Assembly (NCBI GenBank): GCA_949289005.1
Contig: CASEMQ010000067.1
Location: forward strand, 128,365-192,364
Length of the DNA stretch: 64,000 nt
DNA from: an uncultured Lentisphaeraceae bacterium
Lineage (GTDB): Bacteria; Verrucomicrobiota; Kiritimatiellia; RFP12; DVOR01
Reading direction: 5' to 3'
Below are positions 38,609 to 48,066 of this stretch, piece by piece. The position numbers were made by a program, and so were the translations under genes. The stretch's first letter is position 1. Every line of letters starts with the position of its first letter. Below the pieces are notes generated by a model. That model ran no database searches, was not told where the DNA came from, and saw only the letters and a list, made by a program, of their open reading frames with translations.

Positions 38609-38768
38609 GATGCGGCGTACCTCGGGGTGAGAGACGGCGTGTCTCACCCCGAGGTACGCCGCATCCCGGAAAACGACCCCGCTCCCTGATTGAAAGGGCG
38701 GTTCTGAGGCTCCTCCGGCCTCACCCGCCTTCAACAGGTTTTCAACAGATTTTGCAAAGTTATCGACA
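38609..38768 (-). repeat. Dispersed intergenic element, copy 3 (inverted), with a perfect 24-bp hairpin
   Basis: GATGCGGCGTACCTCGGGGTGAGA (38609-38632) pairs with TCTCACCCCGAGGTACGCCGCATC (38642-38665); ends TTCAACAGGTTTTCAACAGATTTTGCAAAGTTATCGACA. Confidence 0.9.
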
Positions 38769-38906
38769 GGGATGACGAACGGTTCCAGTGGTATGCCGGG
38801 AACGGTGGGACGACGGGCACGTGAAGGGCCCCGGCGGACGCGGCGGAAAGGCATAACCCAACAAGAAAATGACACTGCGCCTCCTGTGACTCTTGGGCGA
38901 AGCCCC

Positions 38907-38938
38907 AAAAAAAGGCACGGCTGCCGCCGTGCCTTTTT
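38907..38938 (-). terminator. Intrinsic terminator of the HU gene
   Basis: AAAAAAAGGCACGGC-tgcc-GCCGTGCCTTTTT. Confidence 0.85.
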
Positions 38939-38956
38939 CGGGTTGCCGTGTGGGGC

Positions 38957-39286
38957 TTAGCCAATCACCTTGTCTTTGATAATCTTGGAGACGGAGAACT
39001 TGATGGTCTCCTTGGCGGGGTATTCGATCTTCTCGGTGGGCTTGCGTGGGTTGACGCCGATGCGCGCGGCGCGCTGGGTGACGGTGAACTTGCCGATGCC
39101 GGGAAGGGCGAAGACCTTGTTCTTCTTGACCTGGGCGGCAATGAGATCGATGAGGGCATCGTAGACTTGGCCGACGGCGGCTTTGGTGCTGCCGGTGGCC
39201 TCGGCGAGGGCCTCGCGGATCTCGTCCTTGGTCAAAGGTTTGGGGGTGGTTTTGGCGGGGGCCTTGGTGGCTTTCTTGGTGGGCAT
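38957..39286 (-). CDS. HU-family DNA-binding protein with a Lys/Ala/Thr/Pro N-terminal tail
   Basis: LTKDEI, LPGIGKF, RAARIGVNP and IKFSVSK. Confidence 0.9.
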   Translation of the reverse strand: MPTKKATKAPAKTTPKPLTKDEIREALAEATGSTKAAVGQVYDALIDLIAAQVKKNKVFALPGIGKFTVTQRAARIGVNPRKPTEKIEYPAKETIKFSVSKIIKDKVIG

Positions 39287-39464
39287 GGTTCGTGACTCCT
39301 TGGGTTGTCTGTTCGTGCGGGAAATCCCGCAACCGTTTTGATGGTCTTATTATGGTGTATCTGTTCGGGAATTGCAAGTATTTTCCTTGTGTGAAGCGTG
39401 TTTTCGTGATTTTTTGGAGATTTGACGGTGCGGTTCGCTTTGCCGGAAACAATCCAAACCTTCC

Positions 39465-40580
39465 TTACAGGGTGTGGAGCGTGTAGGCTTGGGTGCCAAG
39501 GCCGAGTTTCTCGGCGTGCTCCAGGCAGGAGCGCCAGTCCGTGGTGGGGGAGACGGTGCCAAAGTGGTCGACATGGCGCGCGGTGGCTTTGCCGAGGATG
39601 GAGTTGGCGATGGGGCTCTGCCTGTTCACGGCGTCGGCGCAGGCGCGGTCGATGGCCACCGGGTCGAAGGAGGCGAACATGCCGATGTCCGGCACAATCG
39701 GCACATCGTTCTCCGCATGGCAATCGCAGAAGGGAGAGATGTCAATGGCCAGGCTGACGTGGAAGTGAGGGCGGTCGTGGAGGACGGCCACGGCGTATTC
39801 CGACATCTTGCGGTTGAGGACATCGTTGGCCGCGTCGAAGTCGGGGGTAATCGCATCCTTGGGGCAAACGCCAATGCAACGGCCGCACCCCACGCATTTG
39901 GCATGGTCGATTGTGGCCTTGCGGTCGACGATGCGAGGAGCGTCGTGCGCGCAGATTTTGGCGCAGCGGCCACAACCAATGCAAAGCGCCTGGTTGACGG
40001 TGGGCTTGCCGGCGGCATGCATTTCCATCTTGCCCGCGCGGCTACCGCAGCCCATGCCGATATTCTTGATGGCGCCGCCAAAGCCCGTGCACTCATGCCC
40101 CTTGAAGTGGTTGAGGGAGATGACGATGTCGGCATCCATCACCGCGCGCCCAATCTTCGCGACCTTGACATATTCCCCGCCCGGGACGGGCACTTCGACA
40201 TCGTCCGTGCCCTTCAGGCCATCGGCGATGAGGGTATGGACGCCCGTGGCAAAGGGGTTGTAGCCGTTCTGGTAAGCTGTCTCCAGATGATTCAGCGCGT
40301 TTTTGCGGCCGCCCACGTAGAGCGTGTTGCAATCGGTGACGAAAGGCTTGCCGCCCAGCTCCTTCACCAGGTCGCAAACCGTCCGCGCATAGTTCGCCCG
40401 CAGGAAGGCTAGATTGCCTGGCTCCCCGAAGTGCAGTTTCACCGCGACAAACTTGTCCTTGAAGTCGATTGTCCCAATGCCGGCCTTCAACATCAGTTTG
40501 CGCAGTTTTGTCTGCAGGCTATCACCCATTGGCACGGTGTGCATATCCGTGAAATAAACATCGGCAGGCCGTTTGTCCAT
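39465..40580 (-). CDS. DUF362-domain 2x[4Fe-4S] protein
   Basis: VAVKLHFGEPGN, HFKGH...GFGGAIKNIGMGC, CIGCGRC..C, CVGCGRCIGVCP and DPVAID. Confidence 0.88.
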   Translation of the reverse strand: MDKRPADVYFTDMHTVPMGDSLQTKLRKLMLKAGIGTIDFKDKFVAVKLHFGEPGNLAFLRANYARTVCDLVKELGGKPFVTDCNTLYVGGRKNALNHLETAYQNGYNPFATGVHTLIADGLKGTDDVEVPVPGGEYVKVAKIGRAVMDADIVISLNHFKGHECTGFGGAIKNIGMGCGSRAGKMEMHAAGKPTVNQALCIGCGRCAKICAHDAPRIVDRKATIDHAKCVGCGRCIGVCPKDAITPDFDAANDVLNRKMSEYAVAVLHDRPHFHVSLAIDISPFCDCHAENDVPIVPDIGMFASFDPVAIDRACADAVNRQSPIANSILGKATARHVDHFGTVSPTTDWRSCLEHAEKLGLGTQAYTLHTL

Positions 40581-40614
40581 GGTTCTCTCCTTGTTCAGTG
40601 CCGACTAGTTTAGC

Positions 40615-40647
40615 AAAAACGCGCGTCCCGGGAGGCGGGGCGCGCGT
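40615..40647 (-). terminator. Intrinsic terminator of GH20
   Basis: ACGCGCGTCCCG/CGGGGCGCGCGT stem followed by a T run on the minus strand. Confidence 0.65.
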
Positions 40648-40671
40648 CGCATACGGACCAAGCAATCATGC

Positions 40672-42555
40672 TTACTTGGTCTCGGGCTTGGCGAGCGTGA
40701 AGAACTTGCAGGTCTTCGCATAGTGCTCGCGAACGGGATTGCCCTCAATCTTCTTGCCGTCCACGACCACCCACGTCTTGTACTTCTCGGAGTGGAAGGT
40801 GACCTTGGTGGGCTTGCCCTCGGGCAACTTGACGTCGAAGGTGTATTGCGCGCCCTCGCGGCGGAAACCGACGTTGCCATTGACGGGGCTGACGGCATAG
40901 AGGTCAGTCTCCTCGCTGGAGGCCAGCAGGATGGGCTTGCCGTTCCCCTCTGGGACGGTCACGTCGAAGGAGAGCTCCCACGGCTGGGGTTCCTCGGCGT
41001 CAAGCGCCTTGGCCTGTGACTGGACTTGGGCAAGGAAGTCCTTATAGGGGCGGCCGTTGGCCTTGACCCACGTCTTCTGCGCCACGGTGGCGCAGTTCTT
41101 TTGGATGCGCGGCATCAAGTCCTCGGCGCAAAGGCCGGGGTCGGTGAGGAAGGCGTTGTCGTTCCACATGGCCCACGACCCGCCCAACACCTTGGCGCGA
41201 TCCAAGTCCTCCACCTTGGTCTTGGGGAAGGTGACGGGATTCCAGTTGTTGTAGACCCACTGGGTGTTAAGGTCGTCGCCGTAGCCGCCGACGGAACCGT
41301 TGCCGCTGGGCACGATGTACATCCACACGTCGAGGGTGTTCATGATTTCGTAGCCGGCCTTGGTGGCCTCGACAGGGTTCTGCCAGCCCATGCTCCAAAT
41401 GTTCATCTGCACGCCGGTGGATTCCACGGGCGTCTTGCCGCGCTTGTGGCTGAAGGAGCCCCACAGGCGCGGGGTCTTGCCCTTGGCGCGGATATGCTTG
41501 CAGAAGGCATCGACGAACTTGCGATAGCTCTCGTTGTCGCCGTAGTATTCATCCGTGCCGGTGTGGACGACTTGGCCGGGGAAGACGCCCTCGTCGATGT
41601 ACTCATCAAAGATGGAAGCCACGAAGGGGAGTGTCTCCGGATTGGAGAGATCCAACATCGCGGCGCGCTCCATGTCATGCTTACCGCCGACGGACCCCTT
41701 GTACATCAAGTCAGGACGCACGCGCACCATCTGGAGGGCATGGCCGGGCACGTCCAGCTCGGGGACGATGGTCACGCCCTGCGCGGCGGCCTCGGCCACG
41801 AGCGCCTTGAACTGCGCCTTGGTGTAGAAGATGTCCTTGGAGGTAAGCTCGGGATACTTGCTGTTCTCCAGGCGGAAGCCGCCGGCGGAGGGCTCGACCT
41901 TGAGAATGTCGGCCGCGGTCTTCACCTGCTGCGGGAACCACTCGCCGTAACGGTGCAGCCAAATGTAATTGTCCGACAGGTGCAGGTGGAGCTCGTTCAT
42001 CTTGTAGTAGGCGCAAATCTTGGCCAACTGCCGGAGCGTGGAGAGCGCGAAGGGCTTGCGACCGCAATCGAACATGAAGCCGCGGTGCGAAAACTCCGGC
42101 CAATCGTTGGCCACGCCGCCGGGGAAGGTGTTGCCCTGCGCCTGGAAGACCTGCAACAGCGTGCGCGTGCCCCAGAAGGCGCCAAGCGGCGTGGGCGCAG
42201 CCACGCGGACTCCCGCGGTGCCCGCAGTCAACCGATAACTCTCCTGATTGGCGCCCGCATCCGGCACCACCATGAGCACAATGTCCCCCGGCTTGGCCTC
42301 CTTGCCCAGGAACCAAAGCCAGCTCGACGCCTCGCGCACGAGCGGGCGGTCGATTTCCTCCGCGAAAGTCTTGGCATAACGCTCAAGATCCGCGCAGGCA
42401 TCCTCGGGGATCACCACGCGGGCATCCTCGTCAAGCGTGTAGGAACCCGCCTCGGGCAGGTCAATCCATTGCTGGATTTCCGGAATGACGGCAGGCTTGG
42501 CGCACCAAGCGACCGCCGCAGAGAGTGTCAATGTGGCAAGCAGTAACGTTTTCAT
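40672..42555 (-). CDS. Beta-N-acetylhexosaminidase (GH20), secreted
   Basis: HRGFMFDCGR, KMNELHLHLSD, PELDVPGH, HTGTDE and WND; start MKTLLLATLTL. Confidence 0.92.
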   Translation of the reverse strand: MKTLLLATLTLSAAVAWCAKPAVIPEIQQWIDLPEAGSYTLDEDARVVIPEDACADLERYAKTFAEEIDRPLVREASSWLWFLGKEAKPGDIVLMVVPDAGANQESYRLTAGTAGVRVAAPTPLGAFWGTRTLLQVFQAQGNTFPGGVANDWPEFSHRGFMFDCGRKPFALSTLRQLAKICAYYKMNELHLHLSDNYIWLHRYGEWFPQQVKTAADILKVEPSAGGFRLENSKYPELTSKDIFYTKAQFKALVAEAAAQGVTIVPELDVPGHALQMVRVRPDLMYKGSVGGKHDMERAAMLDLSNPETLPFVASIFDEYIDEGVFPGQVVHTGTDEYYGDNESYRKFVDAFCKHIRAKGKTPRLWGSFSHKRGKTPVESTGVQMNIWSMGWQNPVEATKAGYEIMNTLDVWMYIVPSGNGSVGGYGDDLNTQWVYNNWNPVTFPKTKVEDLDRAKVLGGSWAMWNDNAFLTDPGLCAEDLMPRIQKNCATVAQKTWVKANGRPYKDFLAQVQSQAKALDAEEPQPWELSFDVTVPEGNGKPILLASSEETDLYAVSPVNGNVGFRREGAQYTFDVKLPEGKPTKVTFHSEKYKTWVVVDGKKIEGNPVREHYAKTCKFFTLAKPETK

Positions 42556-42561
42556 GCCGCC

Positions 42562-42570
42562 ATGATAGCA
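42562..42570 (-). promoter_or_regulatory. Extended -10 (TGcTATCAT), leaderless
   Basis: 6 nt before ATG 42555. Confidence 0.55.
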
Positions 42571-42687
42571 CATTCCGTCGCCCCCCGCGCAAGCAAAAAT
42601 CGCAAAACATTGCTTGGCCGGAAAAAGTCGCACCCAAGAAAGCGCGTTTCCCCTCGCGTCGCGCGAACCAAGCCTCCACACTTACGA

Positions 42688-42730
42688 CAAAAAAAGCCCC
42701 CGGCCTTGGGAAAGGTCGGGGGCTTTTTTG
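42688..42730 (-). terminator. Intrinsic terminator of nifJ
   Basis: CAAAAAAAGCCCCCGGCCTT...AAGGTCGGGGGCTTTTTTG. Confidence 0.85.
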
Positions 42731-42749
42731 TTGGCTGTCGCCAGGCGTC

Positions 42750-45700
42750 TTAGTAGACGTTGAGGGCGGCGAGCGCCTGGAGGTACTCGTACTTGCGGGA
42801 GTAGAACGCATCGGCTTCCGCGAAGAGCTTCTTGGCCTCCTCGGGGTCCATCTTGGCGAGCTGCTTGAAGCGGTTCTCGGTGGGGGCCTGAGCCTCGGAG
42901 AACTTCTTCGTGGGCGCCTTGGAGTCGAGGGTGAGCGGGTTCTTGCCCTGGGCGGCGAGCTCGGGGTTGTAGCGGAACAGCGGGAAATGGCCGGTCTCGA
43001 CGGCCATCTTCTGGTGCTCCAGGCCCGTGGCGAGGTTGATGCCGTGCGCGATGCAGTGGGCGTACGCGATGATGAGGGCGGGGCCATCGTACTCCTCGGC
43101 CTCCTTGAACGCCTTGACGGCGGCCTCGGGGTTCATGCCCATCGAGATCTGCGCGACGTAGATGTTCTTGTAGGTCATGGAGATGGCGGCGAGGTCCTTC
43201 TTCATCTGCGGCTTGCCGGCGGCGGCGAACTTGGCCACGGCGCCGATGGGCGTGGACTTGGAAGCCTGCCCGCCGGTGTTGGAGTACACCTCGGTGTCAA
43301 GCACGAGGATCTTGACGTTGCGGCCGGTGGCGAGGACATGGTCGAGGCCGCCGTAGCCGATGTCGTAGGCCCAGCCGTCGCCGCCGAGGATCCAGACGGA
43401 GCGGCGCACCAGGAAGTCCGCCACGGTGGCAAGCTTCTTGCAGGTGGGGCAGTCGCAATTCGCGGCAACTTCTTTGATCTTGGCGACGCGGGCGCGCTGC
43501 GCCTTGATGTCCTCGTCGGTCTTCTGGTTGTCCGCGGCGTCGGAGGCATCCTGGAGGAGGGCCTTGAAGTCGGCGGGTGCCTCGGGGGCATCGACGATCT
43601 TCTTGATGAGCTCCTTGGCGAAGCCTTTCTGCTTGTCGCGGGAGATGGCCATGCCGAGACCGAACTCGGCGTTGTCCTCGAAGAGGGAGTTGGACCACGC
43701 GGGGCCCTTGCCCTCGGCCGTCTGGCAGTACGGCGTGGTGGGGAGGTTGCCGCCGTAGATCGAAGAGCAGCCCGTGGCATTGGCGATGCAGAGGTGGTCG
43801 CCGCAGATCTGGGTGAGCATCTTGATGTACGGGGTCTCGCCGCAACCGGCGCAGGCGCCGGAGAACTCGAAGAGCGGGCGCTTGAGCTGCGAGGTCTTCG
43901 CGTTGAGCGGCACGCCGGTGAGGTCGGTCTCGGGGAGGTCGAGGAAGAACTTCCAGTTGGCCTCGCCGGGCTTGCGCAGGGTGTCCTGGTCGTAGTGGAC
44001 CATGTTGAGGGACTTGCCGGTCTTGGGCAGTTCGGGGCAGATCTTGGTGCAGAGGCCGCAGCCGGTGCAGTCCTCGACGGAGATCTGGAGGGTGAACTTC
44101 TTGCCCTTGAAGGGCGGCTTGGCGTCGGCGCTCAGGAAGCCTTCGGGGGCGCCGGCCAGCGCGGGCTCGTCGACGACCTTGGCGCGGAGGGCCGCGTGCG
44201 GGCAGACGGTGGAGCACTTGAGGCACTGGATGCAGGTGGCGCTGTTCCACACGGGCACGTTGACGGCGATGTTGCGCTTCTCGTACTGCGTGGTGGCGGT
44301 GGGCCAGGTGCCGTCGTCGGGGATGGCGGAGACGGGGAGCGTGTCGCCCTCCTGGCGCATCATCACGGCGGTGACGTCCTTGATGAACTGCGGCGCGCTC
44401 GCGGCCACGGTGGCGGGCTTGCGCAGCTTGCCGGAGGGGGCGGCGGGGACGGCCACTTCCTCGATGGCAGCCTGAGCGGCGTCGATGGCGTCCCAGTTCA
44501 GCTTGACCACGTCGTCGCCCTTCTTGGCATAGGCCTTCTGAGCGTACTTCTTGAGCAACTCGATAGCCTTGTCCACGGGCTTGATGATACCGGAGATGCA
44601 GAAGAAGGCCGTCTGCATGATGGTGTTGGTGCGGCCACCGAGACCGAGGCGCTGGGCGACGGCGACGGCGTTCACGACGTAGAACTTCAGCTTCTTGTCG
44701 ATGATGACCTGGGCGACCTCGTCGGGGATGTGGTCCCAGACGGTCTTGGCGTCATACTCGGACTGGAGCAGGAAGGTGGCCCCAACCTTGGCCGCGGAGA
44801 GCATGTCATACTTCTCGAGGAAGGAGAAGTTGTGGCACGCCACGAAATCGGCCTTGGTGCAGAGGTAGGGGCTGTGGATCGGGTTGGGGCCGAAACGCAG
44901 GTGGGAGACCGTGAGGCCGCCGGCCTTCTTGGAGTCGTAGACGAAGTAACCCTGGGCGTAGTTGTCGGTAGCGTTGCCGATCAGTTTGATGCTGTTCTTG
45001 TTCGCGCCGACGGTACCGTCGGAGCCGAGCCCGTAGAACATGCACTCGGTGCAGCCGGAGTCCTTGAGCAGGAAGGCGGGGACGTCGATGGAGGCGCCGG
45101 TCACGTCGTCCACGATGCCCACGGCGAAGTGGTTCTTGGGCTCGGCGGCCTTCATGTTGTCGAAGACGCCCTTGACCATGGCGGGGGTGAACTCCTTGGA
45201 GCCCAAACCGTAGCGGCCGCCGTAAGTCTTGGGATAGCGGATGTCGAGCCAGCCGTTCTGCATGGCATCGCCGATGGCGGTGCGCACATCGGTATAGAGC
45301 GGCTCTCCGACGGAGCCGGGCTCCTTCGAGCGGTCGAGCACCGTGATCTTCTGCACGGTCTTGGGCAGGGCGGCGGCGAAAGCCTTCACGTCGAAGGGAC
45401 GATAGAGGTGCACCTTGACGACGCCGGTCTTCTCGCCCTCGGCGTTGAGCTCCTCGACCACTTCCTGGACGGTCTCGGCGCCGGAGCCCATGATGACGAC
45501 CACGTTCTCGGCATCGGGGGCGCCGACGTAGTCAAAGAGATGATACTGGCGCCCCGTCAGCTTGGCCAGCTTGTCCATGTTCTTCTGGACAATGGCGGGG
45601 ACGGCCTCGTAATACTTGTTGACGGTCTCGCGGCCCTGGAAGTAGACGTCGGGGTTCTGGGCCGTGCCGCGCATGGTGGGCGCCTCGGGGTTGAGGCCGC

Positions 45701-46313
45701 GGGCGCGGAAGGCATTGACGGCATCCTCGTCAATCATCTCGCGGATGACTTCCTGCGGGATTTCCTCGATTTTCTGGACTTCGTGGGAGGTGCGGAAGCC
45801 ATCGAAGAAGTGGACGAAGGGCACCTTGGCCTCGAGCGTGGAGGCGTGGGCGACGAGGGCCATGTCGGAGCACTCCTGGACGCTATCGGCGCCGAGGAAG
45901 GCGAAGCCCGTCTGGCGGCAGGCCATAATGTCGCCGTGGTCGCCAAAAATCGAGAGTCCCTGCATGGCGAGGGCGCGGGCGGACACGTGGAAGACGGTCG
46001 GCGTGAGCTCGCCGGCAATCTTGTACATGTTCGGAATCATCAGCAACAGGCCCTGGGAGGCCGTGAAGGTGGTGGTCAGCGAGCCGGTGGTCAGCGAGCC
46101 GTGCACGGCGCCGGCGGCGCCGCCTTCGGACTGGAGCTCGACAATCTGCGGGATGGTGCCCCAGATGTTGGTCTGCTTGCGGGCGGCCCACTCATCCGCG
46201 AACTCGGCCATCGGCGAAGAGGGGGTGATGGGGTAGATGGCGGCGACTTCGGAGCACGCGAACGCGACACGCGCAGTGGCCTCGTTGCCGTCACACATGA
46301 TGTACTTGGGCAT
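42750..46313 (-). CDS. nifJ: Pyruvate:ferredoxin (flavodoxin) oxidoreductase
   Basis: IYPITPSS, SEGGAAG, two ferredoxin motifs, FSGACAGCGETPY and GGDGWAYDIG. Confidence 0.97.
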   Translation of the reverse strand: MPKYIMCDGNEATARVAFACSEVAAIYPITPSSPMAEFADEWAARKQTNIWGTIPQIVELQSEGGAAGAVHGSLTTGSLTTTFTASQGLLLMIPNMYKIAGELTPTVFHVSARALAMQGLSIFGDHGDIMACRQTGFAFLGADSVQECSDMALVAHASTLEAKVPFVHFFDGFRTSHEVQKIEEIPQEVIREMIDEDAVNAFRARGLNPEAPTMRGTAQNPDVYFQGRETVNKYYEAVPAIVQKNMDKLAKLTGRQYHLFDYVGAPDAENVVVIMGSGAETVQEVVEELNAEGEKTGVVKVHLYRPFDVKAFAAALPKTVQKITVLDRSKEPGSVGEPLYTDVRTAIGDAMQNGWLDIRYPKTYGGRYGLGSKEFTPAMVKGVFDNMKAAEPKNHFAVGIVDDVTGASIDVPAFLLKDSGCTECMFYGLGSDGTVGANKNSIKLIGNATDNYAQGYFVYDSKKAGGLTVSHLRFGPNPIHSPYLCTKADFVACHNFSFLEKYDMLSAAKVGATFLLQSEYDAKTVWDHIPDEVAQVIIDKKLKFYVVNAVAVAQRLGLGGRTNTIMQTAFFCISGIIKPVDKAIELLKKYAQKAYAKKGDDVVKLNWDAIDAAQAAIEEVAVPAAPSGKLRKPATVAASAPQFIKDVTAVMMRQEGDTLPVSAIPDDGTWPTATTQYEKRNIAVNVPVWNSATCIQCLKCSTVCPHAALRAKVVDEPALAGAPEGFLSADAKPPFKGKKFTLQISVEDCTGCGLCTKICPELPKTGKSLNMVHYDQDTLRKPGEANWKFFLDLPETDLTGVPLNAKTSQLKRPLFEFSGACAGCGETPYIKMLTQICGDHLCIANATGCSSIYGGNLPTTPYCQTAEGKGPAWSNSLFEDNAEFGLGMAISRDKQKGFAKELIKKIVDAPEAPADFKALLQDASDAADNQKTDEDIKAQRARVAKIKEVAANCDCPTCKKLATVADFLVRRSVWILGGDGWAYDIGYGGLDHVLATGRNVKILVLDTEVYSNTGGQASKSTPIGAVAKFAAAGKPQMKKDLAAISMTYKNIYVAQISMGMNPEAAVKAFKEAEEYDGPALIIAYAHCIAHGINLATGLEHQKMAVETGHFPLFRYNPELAAQGKNPLTLDSKAPTKKFSEAQAPTENRFKQLAKMDPEEAKKLFAEADAFYSRKYEYLQALAALNVY

Positions 46314-46376
46314 ATTTCTCTCCTTTGGAAAAATGGTTCGGGGGCGTCCGCTTGCCGCTGGGCGCCCCCGTCGGGG

Positions 46377-47333
46377 TTAGGCATTGGCCTGGCAGAACGC
46401 ACGCACATCGTCAAGCTGGCCGGCGGAGCCGAGCTTCACGTTCTTGGCGGCGATGAACTTGGCGTACTCCTCCATAAAAATCTTGCCGATGGGGCGGAGG
46501 TCGAAGTTCTCGGGGTGGTCACGGAAGTACTCGCGGTGGACGCGGCACCACACCAAGCGACCGTCGGTGTCGATGTTGATCTTGGTGACGCCCAGCTCGG
46601 CGGCGCGGCGGAACTGATTGTCGTCCACGCCCTTGGCGCCATCCAACTTACCGCCTGCGGCGTTGATGCGCGCGACCTCGTCCTGCGGCACGGAGGAAGA
46701 CCCGTGCATGACCAGCGGGAAGCCGGGGACTTTCTTCTGGATCTCGGCGAGCACGTCAAAGCGGAGGCCCTGGGTGCCGGTGAACTTGAAGGCGCCGTGC
46801 GAGGTGCCGATGGCGCAGGCGAGCGAGTCGCAACCGGTGGCCTCGACGAAGCGCTTGACGTCCTCGGGGTTGGTCAGGCAGGCATCCTTCTCGTCGACGG
46901 CCACATGCTCCTCAACGCCACCCAACTTGCCGAGCTCGGCCTCAACGACCAAGCCCTTGGCATGCGCCATATCCACGATCTTCTTGGTGATGGCCACGTT
47001 CTCGTCAAAGGGCTTCGACGAGGCATCAATCATCACGGAGCTATAGAAACCGGAGTTGATGCAATCGATGCAGGAGGCTTCGTCGCCGTGATCCAGGTGC
47101 ACCGCGAAGACGGCTTCCGGGAAAACCTTGTCGGCCGCGCGGATGACGTATTCCAACATCAGCTTATCGGTGTACGCGCGGGCGCCCTTCGAAATCTGGA
47201 TGATGAACGGGGCCTTGCTTTCGATGCACCCACGGAACAGGCCCATGCACTGCTCCATGTTGTTGATGTTGTAAGCACCCACGGCATACTTGCCGTACGC
47301 GTGCTTGAAGAGTTCCTTCGTCGTAACGATCAT
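46377..47333 (-). CDS. fba: Class II fructose-bisphosphate aldolase
   Basis: YAVGAYN, HLDHG, EAELG, IGTSHGAFK, HGSSSVP and KINIDTD. Confidence 0.95.
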   Translation of the reverse strand: MIVTTKELFKHAYGKYAVGAYNINNMEQCMGLFRGCIESKAPFIIQISKGARAYTDKLMLEYVIRAADKVFPEAVFAVHLDHGDEASCIDCINSGFYSSVMIDASSKPFDENVAITKKIVDMAHAKGLVVEAELGKLGGVEEHVAVDEKDACLTNPEDVKRFVEATGCDSLACAIGTSHGAFKFTGTQGLRFDVLAEIQKKVPGFPLVMHGSSSVPQDEVARINAAGGKLDGAKGVDDNQFRRAAELGVTKINIDTDGRLVWCRVHREYFRDHPENFDLRPIGKIFMEEYAKFIAAKNVKLGSAGQLDDVRAFCQANA

Positions 47334-47457
47334 CGTTGAGACTCCTGGTTCGGGTTAAAGAGACGGTGGAAGTATAGCACTTGCCTCAAAATTGGGCAAG
47401 GTTGGCACGCACAAATCACGCAACGGACAGCGTGCCCGGCGTTTGGGAGAGGCGCAC

Positions 47458-48066
47458 TCACAGTTTTTGCGCGGGGATGCCGAAGACGGTGGCGGAGGCA
47501 TGGAGGTTGTTGAGCAGGACGGCGCCTGCGCCGATTGTACAACCATCGCCCACGTGTTTGCCAGGCATGATTTGCGCACCGGTATGAAGGGTCACGTGAT
47601 GGCCCAGGGTGGCGTAGCCGCCGACGAAGGCCGTGGTGTCCAGGCGCAGGAAATCTCCTGCTCGCACGTCGTGCCCCAGCACCGCACCTGTCTGCATAAA
47701 GAGAAAAGCCCCCACGTGCGCGTCCGCGCCGACGTAGGCGAAGGGTGCGAGGATGGAGCCGTGGCCGATTTCGGAATGGAGCACTTTGGCCTGCGGGTGG
47801 ATAAGCGAGGCAAAGTGTGCGCCGCGGGCACGCAGACGCTCCACGCAGACGCGGCGCACGGTGTTCTGGCCGATGGCGCAAAGGACGGGACAATCGAGCG
47901 GGGCGGTCTCGACACCGCCAAGGATGGGGGCATAGCCGGTGCGGGAGCCAAGTGCGCCGGGGTTGTCGTCGATGAAGCCGAGGGGCTCCATGCCGGCCTC
48001 CTTGGCCCACCAAAAGACTTCGCGCCCCAGGCCACCGGCACCGAGGATAAGGACGTGACGCGTCAT
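47458..48066 (-). CDS. NeuD/PglD/VioB-family sugar O-acetyltransferase
   Basis: ILGAGGLGRE, GFIDD, hexapeptide repeats, VFGIPA. Confidence 0.88.
   Translation of the reverse strand: MTRHVLILGAGGLGREVFWWAKEAGMEPLGFIDDNPGALGSRTGYAPILGGVETAPLDCPVLCAIGQNTVRRVCVERLRARGAHFASLIHPQAKVLHSEIGHGSILAPFAYVGADAHVGAFLFMQTGAVLGHDVRAGDFLRLDTTAFVGGYATLGHHVTLHTGAQIMPGKHVGDGCTIGAGAVLLNNLHASATVFGIPAQKL

Noticed and set aside
46339..46370. GC hairpin between fba and nifJ
   Set aside because: No U-tract, so not called a terminator; probably an mRNA-stabilising stem.
42525..47339. Very long antisense or alternative-frame ORFs (1604, 1249, 1171, 1119 and 1039 aa and others)
   Set aside because: Shadows of real high-GC genes (nifJ/fba, dnaE, GH2, dnaB/his, sbcC) with no motifs of their own.
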